Positions 1-10,483 of a stretch of 33,469 nucleotides of DNA are shown in pieces. The notes under the pieces are model-generated. The model was given only the letters and a program-made list of their open reading frames with translations, was not told where the DNA came from and did not search any database. The DNA is taken from positions 1-33,469 of the forward strand of contig CAMRSV010000009.1 of the NCBI GenBank assembly GCA_947053455.1, written 5' to 3'. A program made the translations under genes and the position numbers. Position 1 is the first letter of the stretch. Every line of letters begins with the position of its first letter. The DNA comes from an uncultured Alphaproteobacteria bacterium (GTDB taxonomy: Bacteria; Pseudomonadota; Alphaproteobacteria; Rs-D84).

Positions 1-55
1 AATATTCCTGACTAGAAACAAATCTAGTTTTGTTAACCTAACAAAAGGATACAAT

Positions 56-841
56 ATGAAAAAAATAGCGTTAACTTCTTTGGTTGCCGTTTTTGCGGCA
101 TCAACTGCAAATGCGGCGAATATTATCAATAATAATCCGTTATACCGCCCAATAAAAAATCAATTCTATAGCGTAACCGCAATAGATTCCCATTCCGAGG
201 ACACTAATAAATGGGGTTTAAGTGAAGAATTCGGCTATGGTTTCACAAACAAAATGTCAGCCATAGTCTCCACACGTGCAACACAAAGTGATACGTTTGA
301 TCATACATCCTGGCAGAATATCGGACTGGAACTAAACTATCGCGCATTGGATATGGACAATTGGAAAGCTGATGTTTATGGCGGATACGGCCTGACACCG
401 GTTTGGGGAGATCATCGCCCGTTCCTGGACGAAGATGACACAATGTATCGATGGGTTGCGGGTGTCCGCGGCGGATACACAACCGCAGGTTGGACATTGG
501 CTGCGCACGCAGAATATGCATATGTGAACACAGAATCATTCAACTGGGGTGATGATGGCGTTCGTGCCATGTCGTTGGGTATTGATGGGCAATTGGTTCT
601 GAACCAAAATTGGAACCTGAATGCGGGTGTTGAATACACGGGCATACTGTCCGACAAATACTTTGGTATTACAAAGGTCAAGAATGCCGGTTCCTGGACG
701 GGTGAATTTGGCGTCAATTACAACATAAATAACGACATGTATGTCGGTGCATATGTTAATGGCGAAATTGCCCACGCAACAGGCGACTGGGAATTTAAAG
801 ACGGCTTTGGCTTCGGCATCAAATTTGGCGCCCAGTTCTAA
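56..841 (+). CDS. Outer-membrane beta-barrel protein (porin-like)
   Basis: Sec signal peptide (MKKIALTSLVAVFAASTANA), alternating aromatic/Gly strands, C-terminal Phe (GFGIKFGAQF), RBS AAAGGA. Confidence 0.75.
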   Translation: MKKIALTSLVAVFAASTANAANIINNNPLYRPIKNQFYSVTAIDSHSEDTNKWGLSEEFGYGFTNKMSAIVSTRATQSDTFDHTSWQNIGLELNYRALDMDNWKADVYGGYGLTPVWGDHRPFLDEDDTMYRWVAGVRGGYTTAGWTLAAHAEYAYVNTESFNWGDDGVRAMSLGIDGQLVLNQNWNLNAGVEYTGILSDKYFGITKVKNAGSWTGEFGVNYNINNDMYVGAYVNGEIAHATGDWEFKDGFGFGIKFGAQF

Positions 842-858
842 ATCCGAAATCAAATTAG

Positions 859-885
859 CCCCCGCAAATGCGGGGGAATTTTTTT
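859..885 (+). terminator. Intrinsic terminator of the OMP gene
   Basis: CCCCCGC-AAAT-GCGGGGG hairpin followed by AATTTTTTT. Confidence 0.75.
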
Positions 886-908
886 AGCCCCACCCTCAAA
901 AAACTTAA

Positions 909-1256
909 CATAATATTTTTCTGTATTATATTTGTGTACAAACCCCAAAAAATTGGGGATGCCAATGGCCGCCCAATAGCAACGTTCATTGTGATGGACA
1001 ACTTTGTGGCGTTGCAAATATTGTAGTAAGAGAAAAAGCAACCGGTAAATCGGAATTATTATGTCCGCATTCTTGGCTGTTTATAAACGATATTAGATAC
1101 ATGAAACATGACGTGGATATGTGTTACGCTGTAAGTAACCAGAGAGCCATAACAAATTCACTTCTATATCACATGGCTTCAAAAGAAAAATTCTTTTGGG
1201 ACACTATTAAAGCGGGACGAACAAAAATAAATACACATCGAAAGGATGTTTATTAA
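909..1256 (+). pseudogene. 5'-truncated paralog of the orphan family at 7519-8145 and 21355-21906
   Basis: Open frame missing from the ORF track: ...NWGCQW...GQLCGVANIVVREKATGKSELLCPHSWL...AITNSLLYHMASKEKFFWD..., matching WPGCGEW...GGCIVGNLVIRNKKTGALEL...W...AISNNVAHYMA...FWD. In-frame stop at 906-908 and no ATG/GTG/TTG before ~1101. Confidence 0.7.
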
Positions 1257-1288
1257 CAATAATCTGTGTATTCTGCTTACAAAGTCCC

Positions 1289-1319
1289 AAAAAAGGGGGA
1301 GCGTCGCTCCCCCTTTTTT
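1289..1319. terminator. Bidirectional intrinsic terminator after fabF
   Basis: AAAAAAGGGGGAGCG-T-CGCTCCCCCTTTTTT palindrome. Confidence 0.8.
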
Positions 1320-1321
1320 AA

Positions 1322-2572
1322 CTACGCAACCTTTTTAAGAATCAAACTGGCATTCGTGCCACCGAATCCAAATGAATTGCTGATTGCGACATCAACCTTG
1401 CGCTTTTTAGCCTTGTTCGGCACTAGGTCAAAATCACCCACTTCATCCACAGGATTGTCCAAGTTTATTGTCGGCGGAACAACGCCATCACGAATCGCAA
1501 GTGTGCAGAATATAGCCTCAACCGCGCCGGCTGCACCCAACAGGTGACCTGTCATGGATTTTGTAGACGACATGGAAACCGGATTGTTTCCAAACAATTC
1601 CTTAACCGCGGCAAGTTCGCCCAAATCGCCCAGACCAGTTGATGTACCGTGTGCATTGATATAATCAACATCGTCGGGTTTCATCCCCGCATCTTTCAAG
1701 GCCGCCTTCATCGCGCGCAGACCACCTTCGCCGCCTTCGGCCGGGGCAGTTATATGATACGCATCACCAGACATGCCGTATCCTGCAACTTCGGCATAAA
1801 TTTTTGCACCGCGTGCAACCGCATGTTCGTATTCTTCCAGAACCAAAATGCCGGCTCCTTCGGCCATTACAAAGCCATCACGATCCTTGTCCCACGGACG
1901 TGACGCCGCCGCAGGGTCATCATTACGCGTAGACAGCGCTTTCATCGCGGCAAAACCTGCAACGCCGATTTTACCAACCGCACCTTCGGCGCCACCAGCA
2001 ATCATTATATCTGCATCGCCATGTGCGATTATACGCGCGGCTTCACCGATGGAATGGGCGGCGGATGCGCATGCCGTCACAACGGACAAGTTCGGTCCCT
2101 TTAATCCGTATTTAATTGAAACGTGTCCTGCCGTCATATTAATAATTGATTTAGGGATAAAGAACGGACTAATACGACGCACGCCACCGGTGTAAAGTTC
2201 AACACAGTTTTCATAAATTGTGTTTAATCCACCAATTCCCATTCCAATGGAAACACCCATACGTTCCTTGTCCCCGTCAAACGTATCAAGTCCAGCATCC
2301 TTAATCGCCTCATCAGCGGCAACAACACCATAAACAAAGGACTTATCCATTTTACGCTGTTCGCGGGCATCAACAACCGCATCCGGGTTATATTGTCCGG
2401 GTTCTGTTCCGACAACCGGCAGACCTGCAATCTGTGATGCACAATCGGACGCATCGAACGTATCAATTTTACGAACGCCGGATACGCCCGCCAAAATGTT
2501 TTTCCATGCATACTCTATACCTGTTCCAACCGGTGAAACAATTCCCATACCGGTAATGACAACTCTTTTCAT
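1322..2572 (-). CDS. fabF: 3-oxoacyl-ACP synthase II
   Basis: RVVITGMG, TACAS (catalytic Cys), NAHGTST, GHLLGAAG and SNSFGFGGTN motifs; next to acpP. Confidence 0.97.
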   Translation of the reverse strand: MKRVVITGMGIVSPVGTGIEYAWKNILAGVSGVRKIDTFDASDCASQIAGLPVVGTEPGQYNPDAVVDAREQRKMDKSFVYGVVAADEAIKDAGLDTFDGDKERMGVSIGMGIGGLNTIYENCVELYTGGVRRISPFFIPKSIINMTAGHVSIKYGLKGPNLSVVTACASAAHSIGEAARIIAHGDADIMIAGGAEGAVGKIGVAGFAAMKALSTRNDDPAAASRPWDKDRDGFVMAEGAGILVLEEYEHAVARGAKIYAEVAGYGMSGDAYHITAPAEGGEGGLRAMKAALKDAGMKPDDVDYINAHGTSTGLGDLGELAAVKELFGNNPVSMSSTKSMTGHLLGAAGAVEAIFCTLAIRDGVVPPTINLDNPVDEVGDFDLVPNKAKKRKVDVAISNSFGFGGTNASLILKKVA

Positions 2573-2644
2573 AGGTTTTATTCCTTTATAAAAGTTTAAC
2601 GCTTATACCATACTATAATAAACCCTTTGCGGGGCCACGTACAG

Positions 2645-2681
2645 AAAAAAATCCGTCGACAATAAAATTATTGCGACGGAT
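2645..2681 (-). terminator. Intrinsic terminator after acpP
   Basis: Minus strand ATCCGTCGCAATAA...TTATTGTCGACGGAT followed by a T-run. Confidence 0.65.
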
Positions 2682-2712
2682 ATTTTACGTCATTTTAACG
2701 AAAATCCAAAGA

Positions 2713-2958
2713 TTATTTCGCAGCCTTTTTAGCATGGGCATCAATGTACTTGACTGCATCGCCAACTTTTTCCAGTTTGGCCGCTTCTTCGTCCGGAATA
2801 GTGATGTTGAATTCTTTTTCAACTTCCATTACGAATTCAACAACGTCCAAAGAATCCGCACCCAAATCGTTAACAAATTTTGCATCTTCTGTCACTTTCG
2901 CTTCTGGAACGCTCAATTTATCAACGATGATTTCTCTTACTTTTTCAAAAGTTGCCAT
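2713..2958 (-). CDS. acpP: Acyl carrier protein
   Basis: [11 protein letters not shown] phosphopantetheine site; start moved to MATFEKV (RBS AAAGGA). Confidence 0.96.
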   Translation of the reverse strand: MATFEKVREIIVDKLSVPEAKVTEDAKFVNDLGADSLDVVEFVMEVEKEFNITIPDEEAAKLEKVGDAVKYIDAHAKKAAK

Positions 2959-3093
2959 TATTTTATCCTTTGTTTCGGTTAACTTTTTTTCCATTTTATG
3001 GAATATTCATTATCTAACGCTATCATTTTATGTAATTGGTGTCAAGAAATTATAACAAACAATAACAAAACTTGACAAACACAATAATATACT

Positions 3094-4092
3094 CTATGCC
3101 AAACTTTCGGTTAATAATTGATTCATGTTTTCGCGAAAATCTTCTTTGTTTGACGCCCAAACCAATTGACGCATAAAAAATTTATTCACGTCATCCATGG
3201 TCAGATTTGGTATACCTGCGCCACGCGCAACACGACGCCATGCACAACGCGGATCAATTAGATGATTTCCCCCACGGCCCGGAAAAACCCAGCGCCCGTT
3301 TTGTGGCAAATCCTGCAGCAAGACGACCGCCATATCCGACAACGGACGTTCATCCCACGTGTAATGATTAAAATCCAAATCACGCCACTGCATTGAAAAT
3401 ATTTTAGACCGCGGCGCAAATCCGTATATCAACATCAAAAATGCCCCGCGTATCGTTGGTGATGATTCATGCTCAATTGCGCGCACTAGGCGCTGCAACC
3501 CGGCGCGCGTCAATGGACGCACACGATGCTTTGGCGTTATGTGCCGCACGCCATCAAGCGGGCTATTGGTGATATATCCCTGTTCCGCGGCATAATTAAA
3601 AATACTGCGTAACAGTTCCTGCATTCGGGCGGCGATTGTCTTGCCGGAAATATTTTCAATAATGTTTTTTACGTCATCAGTTGATATCTCTGTAATATTC
3701 TTATCAAACAATGGCGCCAGATGACGATCAATCGCACGTGCCAATTTCTTACGGGACATCTCACCCCGACGAACACGGTGGGTCATATATGCGTTTACTA
3801 TTTTTTTAAACGCGGTTTTATTGCGACGCGTTTTCGGTGCCTTCATAACATTTGCTAGAACCGTTGGCACGGCGGTGCGCGCCGTCTCTATTTCCATGTC
3901 TGGATAATTTCCGATAATAATGCGACGGTCACGACCACGCACACGCTTGCGTACAAAGAATGTTTTAATTCCGCGACTGGTTACATACATGCGCAGTCTG
4001 GGTTCCGCTATATCCTGGACAACATCAAATCCGGAACTTGGGGCCGGCAAGTTGTCCAAAATATACGGATTAAAATAAAACTGATGCGCCAA
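3094..4092 (-). CDS. Tyrosine-recombinase/integrase-like protein with N-terminal arm-type DNA-binding domain; catalytic motifs degenerate
   Basis: N-terminus like P4-type integrase arm domains (LRMYVTSRGIKTF...IIIGNYPDMEIETAR), IFNYA...GYITNSP, R...W.DLDF, WVFP. HxxR replaced by MDDVNK and no C-terminal Tyr box. TTG start with GGAGG RBS. Confidence 0.75.
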   Translation of the reverse strand: MAHQFYFNPYILDNLPAPSSGFDVVQDIAEPRLRMYVTSRGIKTFFVRKRVRGRDRRIIIGNYPDMEIETARTAVPTVLANVMKAPKTRRNKTAFKKIVNAYMTHRVRRGEMSRKKLARAIDRHLAPLFDKNITEISTDDVKNIIENISGKTIAARMQELLRSIFNYAAEQGYITNSPLDGVRHITPKHRVRPLTRAGLQRLVRAIEHESSPTIRGAFLMLIYGFAPRSKIFSMQWRDLDFNHYTWDERPLSDMAVVLLQDLPQNGRWVFPGRGGNHLIDPRCAWRRVARGAGIPNLTMDDVNKFFMRQLVWASNKEDFRENMNQLLTESLA

Positions 4093-4111
4093 AGCCCCCT
4101 CCTCCGTATTA

Positions 4112-4528
4112 TTATTTCACATTTGCAATTTTTTTCGACCAGAAACCTTTCCGATAAGAAAGCACTCTATTATACTGCGAAACCGCATTGATATAATTTC
4201 TGTTTGCGGAATTATATTTGCAATTCACACATTGGCACGGACGCAAATCGGAAAAAGATTTGCACTGATAGTCCATCGGAAAAAAACTATAGCCACCATT
4301 TGATTCTTGGGACCAATTCATCCACAACTTTCGTTTTACGCATCCCTGTACGGCATAAGAATCTTTTAAAAAGGCATATACCGGCACGATTATATTGTTA
4401 TATGCCACATTGCATTTTAGCTCAAATTTCCGGCACATTTTTTGCAAATGCTTATAATCTCTCACATCTGAAATTATCGTTTTCCAATCCGTTTTCCATA
4501 AATATTTTACTGCTTTCACAACATTCAT
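4112..4528 (-). CDS. Hypothetical AT-rich protein with a Cys cluster
   Basis: 138-aa ORF starting 18 nt after the lepA stop; C-x7-C-x-C-x2-C; no recognisable family. Confidence 0.65.
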   Translation of the reverse strand: MNVVKAVKYLWKTDWKTIISDVRDYKHLQKMCRKFELKCNVAYNNIIVPVYAFLKDSYAVQGCVKRKLWMNWSQESNGGYSFFPMDYQCKSFSDLRPCQCVNCKYNSANRNYINAVSQYNRVLSYRKGFWSKKIANVK

Positions 4529-4546
4529 TTTTTATCCGTTTTTTCT

Positions 4547-6337
4547 TTATGATACCTTCAATGCGTTTATAAATGCGCTCTGCGGGATTTCGACATTGCC
4601 GAATGTACGCATACGCTTTTTTCCCTCTTTCTGCTTCTCCAATAACTTTCTTTTTCGCGTGATGTCCCCGCCATAACATTTTGCAGTTACGTCTTTGCGA
4701 AACGCGGCAATTGTTTCACGCGCGATAATCTTGCCGCCAATTGCCGCCTGCAACGGGATTTTGAATTGGTGGCGTGGGATTAAGTCCTTTAACTTCTCTA
4801 CAATCTGGCGGCCACGTTTTTCCGCAAAAGAACGATGACATATAAATGACAACGGTTCCACATTTTCTTCGTTCACCAGAATAGATACCTTTACCAAGTC
4901 TGAAGGTTCATACCCCTGAAGAACATAATCAAACGACGCATAACCCGATGAAATTGATTTTACACGGTCATAAAAATCAAACACGATTTCCGCCAGCGGC
5001 AATTTATACACCAAAACCGCACGGTTGCCGACATATGAAATATTTTCTTGAATACCACGCCGTTCAGAGCACAACGCCATTATGCCCCCCATATATTTAT
5101 CCGGCATCATTATTGTAGCGCGCACCCACGGTTCATCAATCGCCGCAATTTTTGTAGGATCGGGCATGTCTGCCGGATTTTCCAAATCAATTGTTTCACC
5201 ATCACGCAGATGAATCTTGTACAACACGCTGGGCACGGTGTTAATCAGATTAAGGTTAAATTCACGATTTAACCGTTCACTGATTATTTCCATATGCAAT
5301 AGCCCCAGAAAACCGCAACGCAATCCAAACCCCAGCGCCGACGACTTTTCCGTTGTGAACATGAACGACGCATCATTAAGAGCCAGCTTTTCCGCCCCTT
5401 CGCGCAGGTTTGGGTAATCATCAGCCTCAATCGGAAAGAATGATGAAAACACAACCGGCACCGATGGCTTAAACCCGGGCAACGGTTCCGCCACCGCGCG
5501 CGAATCAGTTATAGTATCGCCAACCTTGCAGTCATGAATTGTCTTCATCCCGGTGATAATAAAACCAATTTCGCCCGCATGCAGGCAGTCGACATCAACC
5601 ATTTTCGGCGTAAAATATCCGATTTTGTCAACCACATATTCTGCACCGGTTGCAATAAATTTTATCTTTTGTCCGCGCGACAATGCGCCGTCAACAACGC
5701 GAACCAATATCACAACCCCCAGATACGAATCGTACCATGAATCCACCAGCAACGCGCGCGTCGGTGAATTTTCATCCCCGCGCGGCGCAGGAAGTTTGTG
5801 AACAATCTCTTCTAACAATTCTGGAACACCTGCACCCGTTTTCCCAGAAACGGCCAACGCATCACCTGCATCCAGCCCAATTACATCAGCAATTTGTTCA
5901 CGCGTGGCTGCCACATCACTGGACGGCAAATCAATTTTGTTAAGCACCGGCAGCATTTCCAAATCATTATCCAGCGCAAGATACGCATTGGCCAGCGTTT
6001 GTGCCTGAACCCCCTGGGTCGCATCAACCAGAACCAACGCCCCTTCACATGCCGCCAGCGAACGCGAAACCTCATATGAAAAATCAACATGCCCCGGCGT
6101 ATCCATCAAATTCAATTGATACATTTCACCATTTTTAGCACGATAATTAAGGCGTACCGTTTGAGCCTTGATAGTTATTCCGCGTTCACGTTCTATGTCC
6201 ATGGAATCTAAAACCTGCGCCTTCATTTCACGCGACTGCAGGGCACCAGTATATTCAATTAACCGGTCTGACAATGTAGATTTACCGTGGTCAATATGTG
6301 CAACAATGGAAAAATTTCTGATATGATCTTGTTTCAT
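4547..6337 (-). CDS. lepA: Elongation factor 4 (LepA)
   Basis: [49 protein letters not shown]. Confidence 0.99.
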   Translation of the reverse strand: MKQDHIRNFSIVAHIDHGKSTLSDRLIEYTGALQSREMKAQVLDSMDIERERGITIKAQTVRLNYRAKNGEMYQLNLMDTPGHVDFSYEVSRSLAACEGALVLVDATQGVQAQTLANAYLALDNDLEMLPVLNKIDLPSSDVAATREQIADVIGLDAGDALAVSGKTGAGVPELLEEIVHKLPAPRGDENSPTRALLVDSWYDSYLGVVILVRVVDGALSRGQKIKFIATGAEYVVDKIGYFTPKMVDVDCLHAGEIGFIITGMKTIHDCKVGDTITDSRAVAEPLPGFKPSVPVVFSSFFPIEADDYPNLREGAEKLALNDASFMFTTEKSSALGFGLRCGFLGLLHMEIISERLNREFNLNLINTVPSVLYKIHLRDGETIDLENPADMPDPTKIAAIDEPWVRATIMMPDKYMGGIMALCSERRGIQENISYVGNRAVLVYKLPLAEIVFDFYDRVKSISSGYASFDYVLQGYEPSDLVKVSILVNEENVEPLSFICHRSFAEKRGRQIVEKLKDLIPRHQFKIPLQAAIGGKIIARETIAAFRKDVTAKCYGGDITRKRKLLEKQKEGKKRMRTFGNVEIPQSAFINALKVS

Positions 6338-6412
6338 AATTCATCCCGGGCTGTGCGGCAATGATAAACCAGCATATTATTATATGCAACCGGTTTTTAT
6401 ATATCATAAAAA

Positions 6413-6772
6413 TTATTTTGTTTCTAAATTATCCAGCAGGCGGTCGATTCGTGCGGCGCGTTCCAGTGTGTCATCATATTCAAATCGAATTTCTGGGACA
6501 TATTTTTGATTCATCCGTGCCGCCAATTCATAGCGAACAGTTCGTGTAATTTCATCCAGCCGTTTTTGCACGGGCGCAATATCATCCATTCGCGAGTAAT
6601 AGAATAATTTTACAAATTGTGCGCCGCCGTGTGCGCCGGCCCCAACCAGCGATACCCCGGAAACAATTGCATCGTCAGAATAATCGTCACGCAGTATTTC
6701 GGCAACGATGCGTTGAACCTTGGACGCGATTCGATCCGGTCGATTTGAATTTGTAAATTGTCTTTTCGGCAT
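6413..6772 (-). CDS. rbfA: 30S ribosome-binding factor A
   Basis: R.DRIASKVQR at the N-terminus and KYVPEIRFEYDDTLERAARIDRLL at the C-terminus. Confidence 0.85.
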   Translation of the reverse strand: MPKRQFTNSNRPDRIASKVQRIVAEILRDDYSDDAIVSGVSLVGAGAHGGAQFVKLFYYSRMDDIAPVQKRLDEITRTVRYELAARMNQKYVPEIRFEYDDTLERAARIDRLLDNLETK

Positions 6773-6856
6773 TTTTCAACCTATGTTTAATATAGTGATT
6801 GTAAAATATTAAATATTAAATTACAATCAAGTAAAATTTTAATTTTGGGAAAAAAT

Positions 6857-7429
6857 ATGAAAATTGCTGAATTTATACTAAAAAAATCCGAATCCCCGGC
6901 ATATTCGTGGATAGTATTCATATTAACGGTATGCGAATCAATCTTCTTGTTCATACCACCAGAAGTATTTATTACCCCGCCAATTATCGCAAATAAAAAG
7001 CGCGCATTACCAATAACAATTGCGGCGGCACTGGGGTCAATTGTGGGCGGCGCAATTGCATACATGATTGGGCTGTGGCTGTTCGATTCGGTTGGAATAT
7101 GGTTGATTACAAATTTTGCCAGCATGGAAAAATTCCAACTGGCACAGGAAATGTTCATTCGTCATGGAATATTTATAATAATACTAACGGCGGTAACCCC
7201 AATACCATACAAACTGATGGCAATGTGTGCAGGATTTATGGGATTTCCGGCATTGCTGTTCATTGGGGTTTCGGCGATATTTAGAACGGCACGCTTTGCA
7301 ACGGCGGCGGCACTGCTCTATTTTTTCCAGGAACGCGCAAACGCAATTGTAAAAAAATATTTCTGGCCATTGACCTTGGGCGCAATTATATTTGCAGGCC
7401 TGGGGATTGGAATGATGATGTGGTTGTAA
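6857..7429 (+). CDS. YqaA/DedA (VTT domain) membrane protein
   Basis: ESIFLFIPPE, GSIVGGAIAYMIG, TPIPYK, FRTARF motifs. Confidence 0.88.
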   Translation: MKIAEFILKKSESPAYSWIVFILTVCESIFLFIPPEVFITPPIIANKKRALPITIAAALGSIVGGAIAYMIGLWLFDSVGIWLITNFASMEKFQLAQEMFIRHGIFIIILTAVTPIPYKLMAMCAGFMGFPALLFIGVSAIFRTARFATAAALLYFFQERANAIVKKYFWPLTLGAIIFAGLGIGMMMWL

Positions 7430-7475
7430 TATTTCATGATTAGGCGCCGGGTAATGGAAAAAATACAAAACAGAT

Positions 7476-7500
7476 AAAAACGCCGCCCATGGGCGGCGTT
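7476..7500 (-). terminator. Intrinsic terminator between convergent genes
   Basis: AACGCCGCCC-AT-GGGCGGCGTT with a T-run on the minus strand. Confidence 0.75.
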
Positions 7501-7518
7501 AAATATTAATAAACATTA

Positions 7519-8145
7519 TTAACGAGTTTGGCAATGTCTCTCAAGCAGTGCCGCCCGGAAGCCCGAATCCCAGAACGCATTTCTAGACAACTTGAATGCC
7601 ATGTAATGAGCCACATTGTTCGAAATCGCTGGTTTATCGACACCAAACCAGGCCCTGCTATTGTACAATTCCAATGCACCGGTCTTTTTATTTCTTATTA
7701 CCAGATTACCAACTATGCAGCCCCCTCTCTTATTAAACTTTACCGTCTTTTTTGTATCTTTCCATTCACCACAGCCTGGCCAATCCAAATCTGACACCTG
7801 CATTGTTACCTGGGCAACTAACTCAAATTCCGGGAATTTGTTATCAATCAATTCCTTTAGTCTTTCAGAATTCTTTATGTCGTTTTTATCCCAATATACT
7901 TCAACACCATTGTATTTCTTGGATAGTAATTTTCTGGCATCGTGGTTATATACACATATGTTCATATAATTTACACCAAATAAACGCTTTAGCGACACGG
8001 CCGTTAGTATTTCTTTTTCTATTGCGACCGGCGCAGATGCAACCTCAACCCTTTGTGCACTGGATATTTGTGACGGTATCGTCTTATATTGATTTTCCGA
8101 TACATTGTATGTAACACCATTTATAGTTATTTGTTTCATATTCAT
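7519..8145 (-). CDS. Hypothetical protein of a lineage-specific paralogous family
   Basis: AT-rich ORF, RBS AAAGGGG before MNMKQ; shares G-x-(L/I)V-(I/L)RN-x2-T...W motif with 21355-21906 and 909-1256. Confidence 0.75.
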   Translation of the reverse strand: MNMKQITINGVTYNVSENQYKTIPSQISSAQRVEVASAPVAIEKEILTAVSLKRLFGVNYMNICVYNHDARKLLSKKYNGVEVYWDKNDIKNSERLKELIDNKFPEFELVAQVTMQVSDLDWPGCGEWKDTKKTVKFNKRGGCIVGNLVIRNKKTGALELYNSRAWFGVDKPAISNNVAHYMAFKLSRNAFWDSGFRAALLERHCQTR

Positions 8146-8170
8146 AGCTACCCCTTTATTATTTGTTTTC

Positions 8171-8197
8171 ATCTTACCCCCCCCCGCGATTTGTCAA
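8171..8197 (-). promoter_or_regulatory. sigma70-like promoter with a G9 tract in the spacer
   Basis: TTGACA-aatcgcGGGGGGGGG (15 nt)-TAAGAT. Confidence 0.55.
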
Positions 8198-8221
8198 GCA
8201 ATTCGTCAACAATCACAAAAT

Positions 8222-8244
8222 AAAAATCCCCGGTATGCCGGGGA
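8222..8244 (-). terminator. Terminator of the secreted-protein operon
   Basis: TCCCCGG-CATA-CCGGGGA followed by TTTTT on the minus strand. Confidence 0.75.
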
Positions 8245-8265
8245 CAATCAATATACTCGAAAAAT

Positions 8266-8733
8266 TTATTCAACCCATATTGTCGCAACGCCCGTCGGAC
8301 TAGTTGGTGAGCCGACTGGAATTTTTACATAATCCATTGTTGCGGTTATTGTGCCATTATTATTGGTCAAAGATGTCATCACCTTGCCCGCAGTGGCGCT
8401 GGCACCAGATACACTAATATTATTAACAGCAGTGGTTGCAGCGGAATTTGCAATCGCAGACGATGTTTTCATGGACGGATATTTGTCTTCCGATTGCAAA
8501 TTAGCAGCCATATCGGCACTTTTCACCTTGTTTGAAATCAGTTCACGGGTATTCAATTGCGTCGTGGTAACAAAATTACTGTCATTTTGTAAATCACTGG
8601 TTTTTGTGGGTATGACCAATCTGCTGACAATCTTGTCCACATAATCAGCGGATGCAATTTCTGCATGTGCCCCCGCCACGGTGCCCATAACCGCAATTAT
8701 TGAAATTGAAAAAATCTTTGCTATCTTTTTCAT
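8266..8733 (-). CDS. Secreted fibre-like protein
   Basis: Signal peptide then AEIASADYVD; IPTKTSDLQNDSNFVT and KYPSMK resemble phage tail-fibre linker motifs. Confidence 0.75.
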   Translation of the reverse strand: MKKIAKIFSISIIAVMGTVAGAHAEIASADYVDKIVSRLVIPTKTSDLQNDSNFVTTTQLNTRELISNKVKSADMAANLQSEDKYPSMKTSSAIANSAATTAVNNISVSGASATAGKVMTSLTNNNGTITATMDYVKIPVGSPTSPTGVATIWVE

Positions 8734-8838
8734 AACCAACACCAACTTTTTATTCTATTTTTTCATTCCGTCTGCATTTTATCTCGCATGTATGAGGCAT
8801 ATTAATCAATTCCAATATGCCCCCGCAATCAAACATAA

Positions 8839-9687
8839 TTATTCCGCATCACCACGCGCGATAACTTCCCATGCATAGGTAGTGCCACCAGCAAATGTCA
8901 AAACACATTTGTTTGCCGGATTTGTGCATTCACCTGCAGGCTTTGGAATCGCCGCATTGGCGGTTGTTTGTGCGTTGATAGCCGCCGCCTGTGCGGCGTT
9001 TGCCGTTGTCTGGGCGGTTTGTGCTGCATTTTGTGCCGCAGCGGCATCTGTCACCCCTTGGTTTGCGATTTCCAATGTGGCCGCCAAACCAGTTGCTTCA
9101 TCTGTAACAGTTGTGTTTAACGCATTAAACTGGGCGGTCGTCGCATATTTTCCGTTTGCCACGGTTTCAGTCAACATGCCATTGGTTGCGGTCGCAATTT
9201 GATTCGCAACACTGCCAACAACCTGGGCACCACCATTCAATGTGCCAAGCGCGGCTTTATTTGATGCCACATCCGTCTTCAAGGTGCCAACATCACCAGC
9301 AATTGTTTCAACTTGACCGATTGCGGCAGTCTGCGCATCCGTCAATTTGTCCTGTTTTCCATCCACTCTGGTTGATAAATCAGTCACTGATTGCACTGTA
9401 GCTTTTGTTCCCAATTGCTGGTCAACATATGTCTTGTCCGCTTTGGAATTTATCGCCTGAACCAGCGCATTGTCTTCTTCTTTAAGAACTTCTGTGATTT
9501 GGTTATTAATTGTATTGCCAATATTGGTCTTGAACTCATTAACAGAACTTTGAACTTCTTGAACCTGGTTTGAAACACCGTCTACTCTACCGTCAACATA
9601 GCCCTTGGATGCGATTTCCGCATTGGCCGATGTCGCCGCAACAAACATCATGATTGCTGCAAAAATTCCAGCGGTTAAATTTTTCAT
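8839..9687 (-). CDS. Secreted coiled-coil, fibre-like protein
   Basis: Signal peptide, AEIASKGYVD, KADKTYVD, KQDKL, Ala/Gln coiled coil, C-terminal IPKP..C.....KCVLT..W. Confidence 0.8.
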   Translation of the reverse strand: MKNLTAGIFAAIMMFVAATSANAEIASKGYVDGRVDGVSNQVQEVQSSVNEFKTNIGNTINNQITEVLKEEDNALVQAINSKADKTYVDQQLGTKATVQSVTDLSTRVDGKQDKLTDAQTAAIGQVETIAGDVGTLKTDVASNKAALGTLNGGAQVVGSVANQIATATNGMLTETVANGKYATTAQFNALNTTVTDEATGLAATLEIANQGVTDAAAAQNAAQTAQTTANAAQAAAINAQTTANAAIPKPAGECTNPANKCVLTFAGGTTYAWEVIARGDAE

Positions 9688-9724
9688 CGTTCAGTCCTTA
9701 TGTTTTAATATTTAATTTTAATTA

Positions 9725-10402
9725 TTATTCGGCTGTGTCTTTGGTTATCGGCATCCACATTAACCCCGTACCCGCAGTGTTTACTGTTAAAACACAACGA
9801 CCCGATTCCGCAACACAGTCATCATCCGGTTTGGGAATGGTATTATCAAATTTCGCAGTATTAGATGAAATTTGTGCCACCAATGCAGATGTAATACCGG
9901 AATCAACCGCCGCCTGCTGATTTTCATCCAGTTTGGTCTGGGTTCCCTGCAAGGCTGTTTCCACCGCAGAAAGTTTTGTGTTTATTTCCACGAAATCGGT
10001 ATCTGCGGGAATTGTGTCCTTTAATTCATTAATCGCACCGACAATCGTTTGTGCGACCGTCCCCAGGTTTCCTTCACCAATTTTGTTGTTTATCGTGTCA
10101 ATACTTTGTTCATTGCCATCAACCCGTAATTCCAACGCATCAAGATCATCAGAATCCGCCTTGCCTGCCATGGCTGCATTAATCGCACCACCAGTGGTAT
10201 TTAACGACGTTTGTATATTCTGATTAACAACCGTACCCAAATCATTTGTCATGGTATAATCAGACAATCTTGTATCAACTACACCCTCAACATGTTTGTC
10301 GACATAATCCTTGCTGGCGATTTGAATTGCCGCATCAGCAGCCCCACCACCAACAGACAACAAAATTGCCGCCATTAAACCGGAAAACGCAATATTTTTC
10401 AT
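9725..10402 (-). CDS. Secreted fibre-like protein (paralog of 8839-9687)
   Basis: Signal peptide, IASKDYVD, TIVGAINEL, C-terminal IPKPDDDCVAESGRCVLT..W. Confidence 0.8.
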   Translation of the reverse strand: MKNIAFSGLMAAILLSVGGGAADAAIQIASKDYVDKHVEGVVDTRLSDYTMTNDLGTVVNQNIQTSLNTTGGAINAAMAGKADSDDLDALELRVDGNEQSIDTINNKIGEGNLGTVAQTIVGAINELKDTIPADTDFVEINTKLSAVETALQGTQTKLDENQQAAVDSGITSALVAQISSNTAKFDNTIPKPDDDCVAESGRCVLTVNTAGTGLMWMPITKDTAE

Positions 10403-10483
10403 ATATTTCCTTTTTTACTTTTATGTTGCGACAAACCCTCTTTCTAACAAGGTATCTGAAGAAACCCACCTTTTATCACCCAA

